From Stylophora pistillata (taxonomy: Eukaryota), in NCBI RefSeq assembly GCF_002571385.2, contig NW_019218428.1, positions 15,792 to 79,621 on the forward strand: a stretch of DNA of 63,830 nucleotides, given 5' to 3'. How positions within the stretch are numbered: the stretch's first letter is position 1; each line of letters starts with the position of its first letter. Positions 41,301-55,380 of the stretch are shown piece by piece. Position numbers and translations under genes: made by a program. The notes beneath the pieces are model-generated. The model saw nothing but the letters and a program-made list of their open reading frames with translations. It had not been told where the DNA came from and searched no databases.

Positions 41301-42980
41301 GTGTGTTCAAAAGGCCATTTTGGAGAAAAACTTCTCTAAATCCTGGCTTATTTCAAATTTCTCAAAATAGTTTGTCACATGAACAAAGATTAAGTAATGA
41401 TTAGGATTTTTGGTGCAGTCCACCAAATAATTAACAATTATTCGCTGAAGGCAAGGTGAATATCGTCGAATAATCCCTGAGACAAAGTCGAGGATTTTAT
41501 TCGAGAATATTCACTGAACCTGAGGCGAATAATTGTTTTAGTCTAATTTGAGAGCTGAACAACAAAGAAATTTCTAAAATCATAACATTTTAGTAACATT
41601 TGTGACCTCTCACACGAAAAAAGTTCCTTAGGAATGAACGCACAGCCAGCGAATGCACGGCAACTGAACGGATGAGAAACTGATAGCCAAGCCGTTTGAA
41701 ACGGAAAGGCCAAACGGATGCACGGATGAAGAAAATATTCACACGGATGAAGTCAAACAGAGACACGGTTGAAAAAAATATTCGCACAGATGAAGTCAAA
41801 CGGATACACGGATGAAGAAAATTCTTGCACGGATGAAGTGAAACGGACACACGGCTGACAAAAATTTTTGAACGGGTGCAGTCAAATGGATACAAGGCTG
41901 ACAAAAATTTTTGAATGGGTGCACTCAAACGGATACACAGTTGACAAAAACGGAATGGAAGCAAATTTTTTATGCACGGATAGTCCGAGCCGTTCAAACA
42001 GAAGCAAATCTTTTTCGCACGGATAGCCCGACCCGTTCAAACGGATGCAAATTTTTTTCGCACGGATAGCCCGAGCCGTTTGAATGGATGCAATTTTTTT
42101 TCGCGCATGGATAGCCCGAGCCATTCGAACGGATGCCCAATCCATTCGCACGGCTAGTGCACAGCATACACACGGCATCCGTGCATAAACGGCAAACCAT
42201 TAGGAACGGTTTCGCCTGAGAGGTCACATTTATTAACATTTTATTTTAACATTTTATATAAACCGCGTGGAGCGGTTTGTATAGCGTCATATATTAGGAA
42301 CCGCTCGACCAATCAGATTGCTGGAAACTCTTTGTTCAGCTCTGAAATTATACTAATATTCAATATTGACAATCAAGTCATACAACTGGCATATTTGGAC
42401 CTGTTTCATCACTAAGCGTAATTTGAATTGTTCTTACATTGGGTTGGGGACTCTCTTATACAGATTATCCAAATTTCTTTTTGTTTTTTATGTTATTTTC
42501 ATTTAATTTTCATCATGGCAAACCACAAATTTTCATAGAAAAATGATATGATAATTATAGTCCCCTCTATTAACTATCATGGCTTAGATTTCCTATTGAA
42601 ACATTAAATATTTCAATCATTTATCGATTTTAAGTCTGCAAAGTGAAAACCACCAACCACACGTAAACCTCTATTGCATAAGAATTATAAGGATTCAATT
42701 GATTATCACCGCGGGATCGATAAGAAAATTAACTTTACCATATCAGTGCATTTCAAGTCGTGGACAGGTGGTATTAAAAGTCAAAGTTTCGCATTCTTAA
42801 CTGTCCTGATTAGCTATTTCGGTTCATAACTAATTAAACTCACCTGGGATAAGGCGATTTCAAAACATACAAGCTTGCAACATAGGCTACTGAAAGAACC
42901 AAACAAGCCATAATACCTCTAAAGCGAGTCATCGTGTTGAAACTTACAAACGGACCAAAGTGATCCATTACGCCCGCCAT
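35304..42980 (-). CDS. RCE1: CAAX prenyl protease 2 (10 exons)
   Basis: Exons 42844-42980, 39871-39976, 39248-39328, 39063-39123, 38886-38944, 38518-38626, 38020-38088, 36680-36742, 36065-36157, 35304-35425, all phase-consistent. Motifs [43 protein letters not shown] and [19 protein letters not shown]. Confidence 0.95.
36425..36563 (+). repeat. Degenerate interspersed repeat with decayed hammerhead-like head (PLE-derived)
   Basis: CTGACAGAGGGCTAATGCTCAAAAC...GGTGGCCACTTTAC...GCAGCACCACAATTTCTTTAGAAACTCACCCCC. Fragments of the same family at 3658-3688 and, inverted, at about 45103-45130. Confidence 0.5.
40361..41163. mobile_element. Non-autonomous Tc1/mariner-like element with internal 18-bp tandem array
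   Basis: Begins TACAGTGGAACCTGTA and ends TACAAGTTTGACTGAA. GACCACTTAACACAGGTT occurs about 8 times at 40412-40555, with degenerate units further in. Confidence 0.55.
41428..42356. mobile_element. Repeat element: hairpin end plus degenerate AACGGAT/CACGGAT minisatellite
   Basis: Hairpin AACAATTATTCGC...GCGAATAATTGTT (41434-41537), followed by about 40-bp degenerate tandem units to about 42210. Confidence 0.55.
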
Positions 42981-43580
42981 GTTTATATCAACGTATAACT
43001 GCTGACCACCTTTGAACGCTGGCCTTATAAATAATTGACAAAAGGGGAGGGGCTGGGGAGGAGTCGGGGTCAGGCATGATACTAACCCTCTTTTTTCGAA
43101 AAAGATCCCATACGAATATTTTTCTTGTGAAAATTATCTTAATTTGAGTGAGAATTATGCTTCATTTTCAGGCCAAATACTTCCCTGCATTTCTCGTTTT
43201 TGGAAAAGGTATTGAGCACTCCCCAAACGATCTGTTCTACTTAGCAAGAGCGAAAAAAACATTTAAGCATACTCTAGCATTGATCTAAAATATATGCTCC
43301 TTTCCGCTCATCGTGTCATTTCAACAAAATGAAACAGGGAATTCCACAGTCCACAGTCCCCTTTCCCGCAGTCCTCAGTATATATTTCCGGAATATCACT
43401 GTCGCGATCATCTGACCTTCGAGAAAACAATAGTCACGCCACATGGACAATGCGTGAACACTTCTGTACGTGCGCGAAGTGAGCAGTAGTTTTTCTGTGA
43501 TCTTTTCCTATGACGTTGTTGTGGTAGAGGATTTGTTTTTGGAAAAGAATGTAATTTGTTTGTTGACAGCAGTTCAAAGT
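42981..43580. promoter_or_regulatory. Putative bidirectional promoter RCE1/GNPAT
   Basis: Head-to-head ATGs 600 bp apart. CCGCCATGTT (YY1-like) at the RCE1 start, a G-rich tract at 43044-43070 and TTCCGGAA at about 43387. Confidence 0.5.
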
Positions 43581-46500
43581 ATGGAACCGTTTGACTTGGA
43601 TTTGCTGAAGGAAGGAAGCTGGAGCAATGTTTTGTTCAGCTTGAGGCGTTACTCAGCTCAAGGATACAAATTCGCCCGAACGAGAACTCCTCAAGAGATT
43701 AAGTCAGATGTTCTGAGCTCCAGGAGAGTTCAGCATGTTATCGAAAAGGTATGGATTTCTCGGATTTTATTATTTATTCACGTAGTTTATCGTAGTTTTG
43801 CCTGTTATATATCGCATATTACCTCTAAACAGCTTTGTCCAACTGTCTGACGGACCTATTATTGTTAGCTGGGAAACTCCTAAGCACAAATTCGTAGTGG
43901 GAACGTCGGCCTAGTATTTTGATCTTGTGGAGGGAAATGGACACAGGAGAAATATATGCAACGATACCTTATGACTTTGTATTGACACATCTGAACATAC
44001 AGCTGACTGTTTGACAAACAACTTGATGCGTCCTCTTATGAAGTTCGACTCAATTAAACATACATGCACAACCTAGTTGGCAATTATCTTACAGGGCACT
44101 TCAATCATATAATAATATGGAAGTTGGCGTTTTTATGCCAGGCGTGGGAAGAATAAACTTGACTACGCCAGATTATTATGAGCTAACACTAAACAGCTGT
44201 TTCGAAACTGACCAACTCTGAGGTCCAATCACTGAGTGATTGCACCTCAAACCTCGCTGAATTTAACTCAGGCTCATGCAGTTTTGCGATCATAATCAGA
44301 ATAAAGATCGACATCGTTCACTTTGATGCCATAAACCTTAGGGTTAGAATAGAGTTTTCTTCCAATCATTCCATTCCTTGATTAGAAGCGAAAATAAGGC
44401 TTGCAAATTAATGATTGTAGCAAATTGTTTATAAATATATTTGTGTGTCCAAAGAAACCCTCTGTTCCCAATGTAAAGCAGCTTTGAAGATAATTCGGTT
44501 CTATCTTGCAGAAAATTCTTGAATTTTTATTTCAGTCCCATTACAATTTGTGAAAATGTTATTGAAAGATGATTTGCCCATTTTCACTTTTAAGGAGTGA
44601 TCAATGTATAATTTCCTCCTACATTATCATTATATTACCAGGAAGAAGGGTGATCCTAAGTTAAAAAGCAAATTTAAACTGGAAAATTACAGTTTGATTT
44701 GATAACAAATTCAGAGTTCAAATTATTTGAAAGGGAGAGTACATTTAGAGAGAATTACTCCAGTTGTGGGAGTTAAATCAGATAATGGTTCATTACTTTA
44801 AATTATGTTTGCAGACTACTGAGGAAAGAAATACAACAGTTGAAAACATCACTGATGAAGTAAAAGCAATTCTAGAAGAGATGGGTCATAACTTCAATCT
44901 TAATAGCATCAGGTTAATGGCTATGATGTTGCGTAAAATACTTTGCACACTTTTCCGCCGAGTTCTAATCAATAGGGAAGGCCTAGAGAGGGTGAGTAAA
45001 TTGTTAAGTAGATTTGTCTATAAAATAATCTTAGCCTCTTTTTAACACTTTGTTTAGCCCTGCAAGGAAAAGAGAGTTGCCACTAGACAAATTTTTGAGT
45101 TTAGGGGGTAAGTTTCTAAAGAAAAATGTGGACATTTTTCTTCACTCAGTTATTTAGCCAGGTGTTGTCCGCCTGCATTGTCACAAGATACAGGAACACT
45201 TAATTAAATCAGACCTAGGTGCTATTAGTTCAGTACAAGTTCAAGTTGTTTCCTGTTTTAGCATTGTCTTTCCACCAAATATTCTCTCTGCCTCTCTTTC
45301 TCCCTTCCTATAAAGCGCCATTCTTGAATGACTTGTGTTGTGCTGGTGATCTTGAAATGTACTAAATTTTAATGGCTGATTGTTTATCAGTAAAAATCAG
45401 TAAAAGCAATATATTAATCATTTCTGTCTTAAAGATGTCTTGGCAAAACAATGTACGTGCTGGAAGCACAAATAAGGAAACGTTTGGATGACTGGGTTTT
45501 ATACACATAGCACTCAATCAAAACATGTGTCAAAAGTTAATTTTTAACATAAAGCTACTGTTCATGTCTTTTTTTTTTAGTTTATCGTAATCAGACATGA
45601 CATGACACTTAGCATATTGATGCACTACCTACAAATAGCAGAGCTAGTCTTGGCGGGCAGTTTGTGGATGCTAAAACATCTTAAATAAAATTCGGCTCAA
45701 CAAAAGATTCAATAAATATGCAAGAAACAGAAATTAAAATATTAAATTAGTAACGCAGAAATGACAGTATGAGATAAAAATACAGAAACAGAAACACATG
45801 ACAATATATAGAAGAATACATAAGTTATACCATACTATATTAACTGGATTTAACTTTTGACACATCATTGATTATTCGTTCTACGTCAACATAACTGTCC
45901 TCAACTTGAAGATTTTAAAATAATATTGTTGTTATCTTTTTCTTGAAAATATGTTTTGGAAGATTCCTTAAGTTTCCTGGGATGCTATTCCAAATCTTAC
46001 AACCAATCCTTGAGAATGCATGAGTTTTTATGTTGATTTAGCCTAGAACAGTTTACGTAATAGTTACCGGCTATTGTATGATTTTATTGAAAATCTTAAT
46101 CCCTCTCTCTCCTCCACCAGCCTCAACCCCAAAGCCTTGCTACCCCTTTGCAGTTGGTCCTTGTTTTTTAACTGGCTAGGTTCTTATTCTTTTTAGCTCT
46201 CACATGGTAATTACATATAGCAGTTTTTCAGACCACTTCTTTTAGATTTTTATTGTTAGTTTTCAAATGATTCTTGTCCATTAATGGTCATGTTTTATTT
46301 TTATTTAGTTACGAGATGCTCCAAAGAACAACCCAGTTGTATTTATCCCTTCTCATCGCAGCTACATGGATTTTCTTCTTGTGTCATTCATCTGTTTCAC
46401 TATGGACATTCCATTGCCTTTTATTGCAGCTGCTGCAGATTTCATGAACATGCGGGTCATCCGCACATTGTTCAGAAACAGTGGAGCATTTTACATGCGT

Positions 46501-49500
46501 CGTTCTTTCATGTCAGACCCGTTATATTGGGTTGTGTTCACAGAGTACATACAGAATCAACTTCAGATTGGGGATCAACCTCTAGAGTTCTTTTTAGAAG
46601 GAACAAGAAGTCGAACAGGAAAATTTCTGCAACCTAAACTTGGTAAGTGTTCTTTTATTTATGTAAAGCTGGAAATATTAGAGATCATTTGTATTGAGTT
46701 AAAAAAATGTATATGAAAAGTCAGTCTGGTGTTGTCACATCTGACCAAATGAATCAAACATTACAGGACTTTCTTCACAATTTTCTCTTACAGTAGAACT
46801 ATTTAGTTGTTGTAAAGACAGAATGAACATCAAACCATTGATTTTACCTCCAATGAGGTTTGTATTTTAAGAGAAAAGCATCCTACAACTGTTACAATAA
46901 CAATGGCAGCTCTGAAAAGCTTGAAGAAGTACCATTTGTTCCTTGTGTGGGACACACGAGCATGAAAGATTTAAAGAAACTGCCAACAGGATCTATAACA
47001 AGTTAACTATAATGCAAAACAAATGTCTAACTCAAAATGTCAGTTATTCATTCTAAACTCTGTTCAACATCAGTTGTATGGATCATCACCAGTTGCATAA
47101 ATTCCTCTGCCATAAACTTCAAGTAGGTCACTTTGTATAAAAAAAAAATTTCCTACCTAAAGGAGAGAGGTAGCAGAACATGTTGAATCATTATGCTGAA
47201 GTTTCCCCTCACAAACAAAATTCCCATGCAAAATTCCCATGCAAAATTCCTAAAGCCTACAAATGAATTGATATCTAATTCAACACCTGCGCATAATGTT
47301 TAATTCAGTAGAATCATTATCACAAATCAGCTGACAAAGATAACAACAAATTATTTACCAGGTGTCCTTTCCATGGTAGTGGATGCCTACACAAATGCTC
47401 GTGTGCCAGACATTATAATTTGTCCGATCAGTATAAGTTATGACAGAATTCTGGAAGAATCACCTTATGCTTATGAGCTTCTGGGAATACCCAAACCAAA
47501 GGAATCGCTCAGAGTGAGTACTACTTATAATTGGAACAAATTTAGTCACAATGAACTCATGCCAACCCCTGGAAGGAGCTTTGTGGAATCAGTGTGACTT
47601 AGGGTAACAATTTCCAAAGATCTTGATGAAGGGGAAAACTGCATACAAAAACTGATAATCCCTTCATGGCTAGACCATACATGTACATCCCAATATCTTA
47701 CTTGCATGTACATGTAATTTTTCATAGGTGCCCTTTTTCACAAGTTTTTTATTTTTTTTTTTTGAACTCAGGTTTGTTCAGTTCCGTTACAAATCATTTC
47801 ATCAGTCCAAAGCATATACCTGAATGCAATATTTGAGCTTCAAGAACAAGTTGAAAAGCATGTGGAAACAATGTTAAATGGAATGACTTTTCGCAAGCTT
47901 TTTGAGTTGCTTGCATTACCATGGATTTAGTACAAACATATTAATTTACCAGTAATCAGTATTATGGCTTACTGCATGACTATATAACAATATGTTATAA
48001 ATAACTTACTTGGTTAAAAAAATCAATCAAGGTTAAATCAAAATTAACCTGAAATCGAATTTGACCTGTAACATACATTTTGCAACTCCTCTACTTTAGA
48101 ATTTTGCAAAAGTCTTGTACTTAGAATCATTTAATTTTGCAGTTTTGAGTGAGGCAGAATGTTTCCGAGTAGATCTTAAATTTCTTTCAAGAAATTCTTA
48201 ATCACAGTTAATCAAGAATGTTCCTCCATACCTTCAAGGTAACAGATGAAATCCAGATCCCTAGCTTTAATTTTAATAAACATTTTTTTCCAAAATATCT
48301 AATAATTTAGGGTTTGATCAGAAGCAGATCTGTCCTGACAGAGGACTATGGAAGTATTCATGTTCACATTGGAGAGCTTATACCACTGAGTAGATTCACA
48401 GAAGGAAAAATTAACAGGGCAGATAATGCAGCTATACCAAGGTAATTGTAAGGAGACTGCTAGGAAATTTTTTTTGAAGGAATGCTAATTCTGTTGCCAC
48501 TTCATTGTCACCGTGATCTTCAGTACTCCATATTCTGTTATGAAGAGCAGAGTTGAGGGCATTTATTAGCCACCTCAGCACATATGAATCAACCCCGATC
48601 TGAGGGACCAAGAAATTGCTCTTTGTCTTGCCAAAGCATGCGACATAATTATGGAGGTTAAAACTCCTGTTTGGGTCAACTGAATTTAGAGGGCCTTAAA
48701 AGAGTATGCAAGCCACCCCACTACAAGGTAGGGATCTCATGGAATATTTCCACTGTGCCAGAAAGAAAAGCTTCAGGTAAAACAAAAGGAGTTCCATAAG
48801 AATCACCCCTTAATTGATTTTTGTCACACTTGATTGTTACAATTGAGGATTGAGCCATTTGAGTATCTGAAGTAGTTGAGTTAGGCTAATAAACTTAGAT
48901 ACAAGTACATGTACGTTTACAAATTTGCTTTACCCATAAAGTCAAATCTGGAAATGTCATGATTGTTACCTTAAGAGTCATGAATATCTCTGCATTTATC
49001 GCTGGAATATGCAGCACCAACACTACAATGTGGCTCTAAAAATTGTCAATTAAACAATTGTTTTCTTTACCAGACATTTGTTTCATTATTTGTCCAATGA
49101 AGAGAAGAAAGTGGTAAAGTCTCTGGGATACAAAGTGCTGCATGATCTACAGAAAGGAATGATTCATTCTCCTAGTGTTCTTGTGGCTTCCATTATGCTA
49201 CAAAACTTACAAGGACTCCATTTTGGTGAGTTAGATTAGAGAGGAATGGTAGTTGGTGGATGTTTTCCTTGACTGTGTGATAGCTCAGTGCTTATCACAA
49301 AGTATTAACCCCAAGCAGGTCTTGTAGGATAAGAGATCACAATCAACCTCTCAAATGTTGCCCATTGACAAAGGGTTCTAACATGATGGTAAAAATCCTG
49401 TTTTGGTGGAATTAATCGCTGAGACCGAGACCCTAACTTGCATGTAGATGGAGTCAACTGTTTTGTTTTTGGTTTTGGTTCATTTGTTATGTTTCTTGTT

Positions 49501-49924
49501 TTGTTTTTGGGTTTTTTATTTTTCTTGTCTCTTGTTTTTGTTTTGTTGTTGGCTTTTTGTGTGTTTGTTTACTTATCTGTTTTATTTTGTTGTTTTTCTT
49601 ATCGCTGCATACATATAGCTCCATGTTTTTTTTTTTAATTTTCTCGTTTCATAACATTGCAGATGAGCTGTTAGAAAAATTTACCTGGTTGAGAGAGTTG
49701 TGTCACTTGTGGAATATTTCCATCAAGTCTGCAGGTTTGTTTGATTAAAAAAATAATAATAAAAAATAAAAAACAGAGTAGATTGAAATGCATTCTTGGC
49801 ATTTTATATGAGAAGCAATAAGAAGAAATAAAAATATCATTCTTTCCCAAATGAATACAAATTTCTCAAAGTTGATGAAAAGTTTTGACCTGAAAAGGAT
49901 TTAAAATAATACTAAATCATCGCC

Positions 49925-49977
<53 letters not shown>

Positions 49978-52900
49978 ACGCAGTAGGCCCGTGGAGGCAC
50001 ACACTTTGTGACTGGACTGAAAACGTGAATACAGCTTTGAATCGCTGGAAATTTTATATCTCGTTTTTCCTCATTTTTCGCAACTCCACTTTCTTCAAAA
50101 ATTCTTAAAAAACATCAATTGAAAAAGAAACACATTTTAGTAACTGTGATGTGGAATTCTGAAGTGTAAAATGTACTTTTTATCTTTAGAGAGTTGGACG
50201 AGTTATTCGTGTAGGTGTACTGAACTCATTTTTCCTTGGTTTGTTGATCTAGGTAACACGGACAGTGTAGTTTTGGTAAACGAGAGTATTGATTTCTTAA
50301 AATCGTCTTTGGAGAAAACCAAGGAGGGATTTGTGAAAATCCGAGACATAACCACAAATGCAATTGAAGGAGCCAGTTCTTCAGGGCAAGGTGCAAAGGA
50401 GCGCGAACACCTCGCCAAGTCCGTAAGAAATGTCAAAGATGAGGCAGCCATACACATGATGTTAGCGTGTAAACGAAATGTTATTTTGTGTGATTTCTTC
50501 AGAACTGGCTTGTTTTCCTTATGTGCGTACAAACAGCCTTCTTCAGAAAAGCACTTAGGTAAGTTAATGACGTTGTCACTAAGGTAAGTTAATGACGTTG
50601 TGAAATCGTTTTCCCCGTATTTTTTCTTTTCGTTTTTTTTTTTTGTTACTTGTGTAAATAAGTTGTTTTACCGTTCTCATTTCCAAGGCCTTTTTTTTTT
50701 TTCGATTAAGAAAGAGATCTGATTTGTTATTGCATTCGGGTAAAACAACCAATCAGCGAAAGCTCGCGCATCTCTGTTAAGTGACGTCGTCAGTAAAGGA
50801 TTATCACGCAGCACGTGATAGCCTTAGCCTGTAAAACAGTCTCCGGTTGCAATGGCCTAGGAGGTACCGGCTTCAAGTGATGCGGCCGGTGCGGGGGAGG
50901 GGAGGGGGGAGGGGGAAGAGGTTCTTCTCCCCCTCGTTCTTTAATTCTCCCTTTTCTGTAAGCTCTATTCTCTCTTGAAGAGCCTGTGCACAGACCAGAT
51001 GGCCTGAGCAGGGCCAGGTACTTTGTGACCTCGAGTCTGTTACTCTCACATCCAGCCGTCCCGTCAATAAGTGCACAGTATTCGATCCCGCACCTCAGAT
51101 ATTTTTTCAGTGTTAAATGCTACCTGATTGCATTGCTCCAGAATTTATCTAACCGAAGTTGTCTGACTCTTTGCTCCATGAAAATGTTTTTAAGTGTGAC
51201 TGTTGGCCATGGTTCCACCTTTCGAAAATGTTTGGGCCGAAATTTTCACCGGAATGACGAGGTGCTATCAAGGTTATGTCTAATGTTGTTCTAAACATTT
51301 TCCTGTTTTCTGTTAGTTCAACTGTTTGCTGATTTTGAATTTTTGATGAAACTGCTGGTGAAAGAAGTTCCTCCAGTCACTGAACAAATTCTCGAGGTAA
51401 CGACCAATGTCTCCTGAGAATTTGTCTGCTGTTTGTTGGAGTGAAATAGTTTTGATTTTCATTTCAAAGTTAAATGCCTTTCTTTTATAAGTTGTTTTGT
51501 TTTACCCCATCCCCAGAATTTTGAGTACTTTCGGGAGACTGTTCAGTCACTAGAACACCATGGCTCCATAAATAATCGAAATGGGAAAGTAAAGATACTT
51601 CAGGAGAAGGACATAGCTTTCAGTGCGAACATATGGAGACCTATTTTGACAGCGTACTGGGTGAGTCAAAGACTAAATTTTTTATGTCAGATCGTCTCCA
51701 TTTCGAATTTAGACTGAAGATTGCTTTCTTTTTATGGGGGGAGGGGAAGACTTTAGCCTGAAAACGTTCTTTAAGTTACATTTTATAGAATAAATCAACC
51801 CCTATTTTTCTCTCGTATCTTAAGGTTGTTGTAAGTATATTGAGTACAGACTAAGGTAGGTAAGGATGCACTTCAAAAAATTACGCACTTATGGTAGGCT
51901 GAAAAAGAGTGCATTTTTCAGATAACACGAGTGCAAATTATAACTAGCGCGCACACTATCAAAACTTCGTCTGTCTTCACTTTCTGTGATGCTTTATTCA
52001 ATTATTAATAAATAATAACATGATTTCTTGCGCAATCTGTAACCTACGTGTAACCGTACCCCCCCTGTCCCAGGAGTAAGGGGGAGAGGGTACAGCTACA
52101 CATAGGCTTTGCAATTTGGTGTAGATAAACACTTGCAAGTGCTATAACTGCTTCATATAAACGAAATGATGACCAACTCTCACCTAAAGGCGTCAGTCCT
52201 GGTACATACTTTACAGTTCGGTTAATCGCAACCGAGATTCTCTTAAAAAAAAAAAAAAAAAAAATTTAACAACATTCACACATAAAACAGGGGGACAAAA
52301 ATGACTCGCAGAAATATTTCTTGATTCTACGTCTATCAACTAAAGGTAATTTTGAGGTGTGTTGTTACCATCTTTAGATTACATGTCAGTTTTTTGCCAA
52401 CTACCCTGATAGAAATCGCGAACGACCACTGTCAGAGATGGTAAAACAAATTCAGAACAAGGCAGCTGAGCTTGTGCTCACTGGTGAGTGGTACATGTGT
52501 TAAAACACCAACCGGACAACTCAAGGGATAGCCCTCGGGATAGACTTTGTCATTACCCTCGAGACAATAATTGCAAGTTCAGCCGCCAATTTAGTCGACA
52601 ACCGCAGCTTGGAGCGTCTGGAATTGAGTATCAGAGAGGAGAATTTGAGCTTGTAACTCCATGTTTTAAAAGACTCGTCCTGGGTTTGTTATGTCCACTC
52701 ATGGTCGACCATACTGCATGCATATTTCGAGCGTGTAAATGTGTTTTGTAATCCAGTAGCCGAACTATTTTTCATTTCGACTCAGTAGAGACAAGGCGGG
52801 GAGGGGCGTGGTCACGTGGTCTGAATTATCATGCATTACTTCGTTCTGCAGGTGATGTGAAGTTCTACGAGGTCCTTTCGCTTGATTTGTTAAGGAATTC

Positions 52901-53550
52901 TGTTATGGCTCTGGTCGATTTGCGGGTCGTTGATGCATCTAAAAGGTAAAGGTATTTTAAACTGTCATTTGTTTGCATCCATGAGCTAACCTGTTGGTGC
53001 TGATACAATTTTTTTGTCTTATAGCGTTGATGGCGCTGTTGTTGTTTCAGTTCCAAGCAGTTCAAAGGTCACGGAAACCTTGCACAAAATAGGTAAGTCG
53101 ATAATGGAGGTTTCCTTACCGCGCATCGTTGCTTAAAAAAAAGTCATTGAGGTGGCTGGAAACGGTTTTCCAAGACACCTGTTGACTATACTCACAGCCC
53201 TCAAAAAACCAACTTTCCCTCTTCGCAGTTGAACTATTTTCGCACAATTGTTGATCAAAGGATTGAAGTGTGAAATAGTGGACGCGGCATGGCAGTCGTT
53301 ATGGGGAAACCCCGCTAAGCAGTTTTTGGGGAGGATATCAGAATTTCCTCGATAGCTTTTTTCTCACAACGTCTCGCTGCTGAGTGTTTGTCACAGAAGT
53401 GGCGAGATGCACGTCCTTCTTTGTGGCTTTCATGGGGAGTATCAAATAAGAATTGAACCCAAGAATCTTTTTCTATTTTTTGTAGGCGAATATCTCGACC
53501 TGCCATGTTCGACTTTGACTTTGACCTTGCCTCAATTATCAAAGCTGTGA
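43581..53550 (+). CDS. GNPAT: Dihydroxyacetone phosphate acyltransferase, peroxisomal (14 exons)
   Basis: Exons 43581-43748, 44815-44991, 46309-46642, 47362-47513, 48311-48441, 49074-49225, 49663-49734, 50253-50558, 51317-51396, 51517-51660, 52378-52483, 52852-52945, 53025-53092, 53486-53550. Acyltransferase motifs [27 protein letters not shown] and PISISYD. The C-terminal SKL* PTS1 distinguishes it from mitochondrial GPAT. Confidence 0.93.
49929..49976. repeat. Long poly-T tract
   Basis: Homopolymer run in a GNPAT intron. Confidence 0.9.
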
Positions 53551-53671
53551 GCGAAAAGTGCTTAACAAGCAGTAATAATGACAGCGATTTGCAACAGGAG
53601 CTAAAGATGGAAACAACAAGATACCTCTGGAGTCAATACTTGAACTAAATGCTTCCAAGTTTTCTTTAACC

Positions 53672-53701
53672 CCCCTCTCTCTCTCTTTCTCTCACTCCCT
53701 C

Positions 53702-53728
<27 letters not shown>
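53672..53728. repeat. (CT)n microsatellite
   Basis: Imperfect CT dinucleotide run. Confidence 0.9.
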
Positions 53729-53732
<4 letters not shown>

Positions 53733-54114
53733 GGCCCCCAAGAGTCACTGGCACCTTACAATATCACCCCTTAATCAAACAGTGAGGTCAGGGGAATAAA
53801 GCAAATGATCACCATTAGAAGAAGCTTTTGGTTGTTAGACGAATTCTCCTTGTCAGCACCTCAGGATATGTATAGACAACAGTATGGAGAATATGCATAT
53901 TGATGTTAGGGTGTATGGGGTTAGAAGACTGGTGCTCCCTCACCCATGATCAAGTGAGAATGATGCTAAAAGTCCTTTTTGATTGCCGTTTTATCCAACT
54001 GGCGTAAAAGGAAAAAAATTAAATTTGCAGTGAGCTTTTAAAAAAAGAGCAATTGCACAAACAATTGAGCTTTGGAGTTGAAATGCACTTACCACTCCTT
54101 CCTCTGTAGAAAAC

Positions 54115-54264
54115 CTATTTTCATTATCTCATTTTTCTATTTTCATTATCTCATTTTTCTATTTTCATTATCTCATTTTTCTATTTTCATTATCTCATTT
54201 TCTATTTTCATTATCTCATTTTTCTATTTTCATTATCTCATTTTTCTATTTTCATTATCTCATT
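54115..54264. repeat. 22-bp minisatellite, about 7 copies
   Basis: Unit CTATTTTCATTATCTCATTTTT. Confidence 0.9.
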
Positions 54265-55191
54265 TAGTAGAAAAAATCGGGTAGATAGGATGTTTTAATT
54301 AGCTCCAACCGGCGTAAAAATCAGATCTGTGAAGAGCCAATCTTTCTCGTGCACTGGGAAAGTGAATCGCGTGATAGAATGATCTTCAATTTGTTTTCTG
54401 CATTATGAAGTCTGAGAAGTGCATCGTTTGAAACGACTAAGGTGACAATAAGTTTTAAACAAATTTCTAGAATCAGTGAGGCAATTATTGCTATTCACTA
54501 TCATTCGTTCAGCTATTATTGTCAACCAATGTTGACAACTTGACTTTGTGGAACTAAATATCAAGAGAAAAGAATTAAACGGCGAAGAGGTAACCAAATA
54601 AACAAAGAACTGCTAAATATATCGTAACGTTTTATTGCAGTAAATGTTAATAATTACTGCCCCCCAGTATCGACGGTAACTGTTCGATGTACAATTAAAA
54701 GTAAACCTTAAAAAGTGTGACGTTCTTCACTTGGGGAAAGGGAGCCCGAGATACAGCGATTTGGGTAAGGGGGGGTGGTGGCAGGGAAGGGGGTTGAAAT
54801 AATGAACTTGGGGCTCTAGTTATAAGCTTGTACCATCTGCTATGAGCTCACTGTCTCAATTTTTAGGAGTAAACGAGTTGTCATGTTGAGTTGAAGGAGG
54901 AGCATCAAAGGTGATGATGTTTGGGGGGAGGGGGAGGGGAAGAGCTGAAATTTTCAAGTCATTCTAAATCTGCAAATCCGCTCAATTAACCGTAAAAATC
55001 ACATTCCTCACGTTTTTGAAAGCCAAACCCGCCGATTCGCAAACCTATCCATCTCTCTGTACAGTGAGTGTGGCGATGTTGAATCAAGGCCTCATTACCA
55101 CTCACGCTGTCGATACATAGCGCGCGCGCATTTTGTTTCGTGTCGCGCGCGAAACTCATTATGACGCGTCCATTTGAAGGGTCGGTTAATT

Positions 55192-55380
55192 AACAAATGG
55201 TAAACACCACAGCGTACACTATTGAGTTATGGATGCACGCGGGAGGTTTCTAAGCACGAAAGAAGGGTAAGAGTCGCTCGAGGCGATAGCCGAGAGCGAC
55301 TCTAGCTTCTTGAGTGCTTAGCAAACCTCCCAAGTGCAACCATAACTCAATAGTGTACGCTGTGGTGTTTACCATTTGTT
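55192..55380. mobile_element. Foldback/MITE hairpin element
   Basis: AACAAATGGTAAACACCACAGCGTACACTATTGAGTTATGG ... CCATAACTCAATAGTGTACGCTGTGGTGTTTACCATTTGTT, with a near-palindromic interior. Confidence 0.8.

Noticed and set aside
41590-42239. ORFs with repeated NGSGYPC motifs
   Set aside because: Translation of a degenerate minisatellite inside a repeat element.
49438-49638. Very hydrophobic ORF (also 54072-54284)
   Set aside because: T-rich low-complexity or minisatellite DNA.
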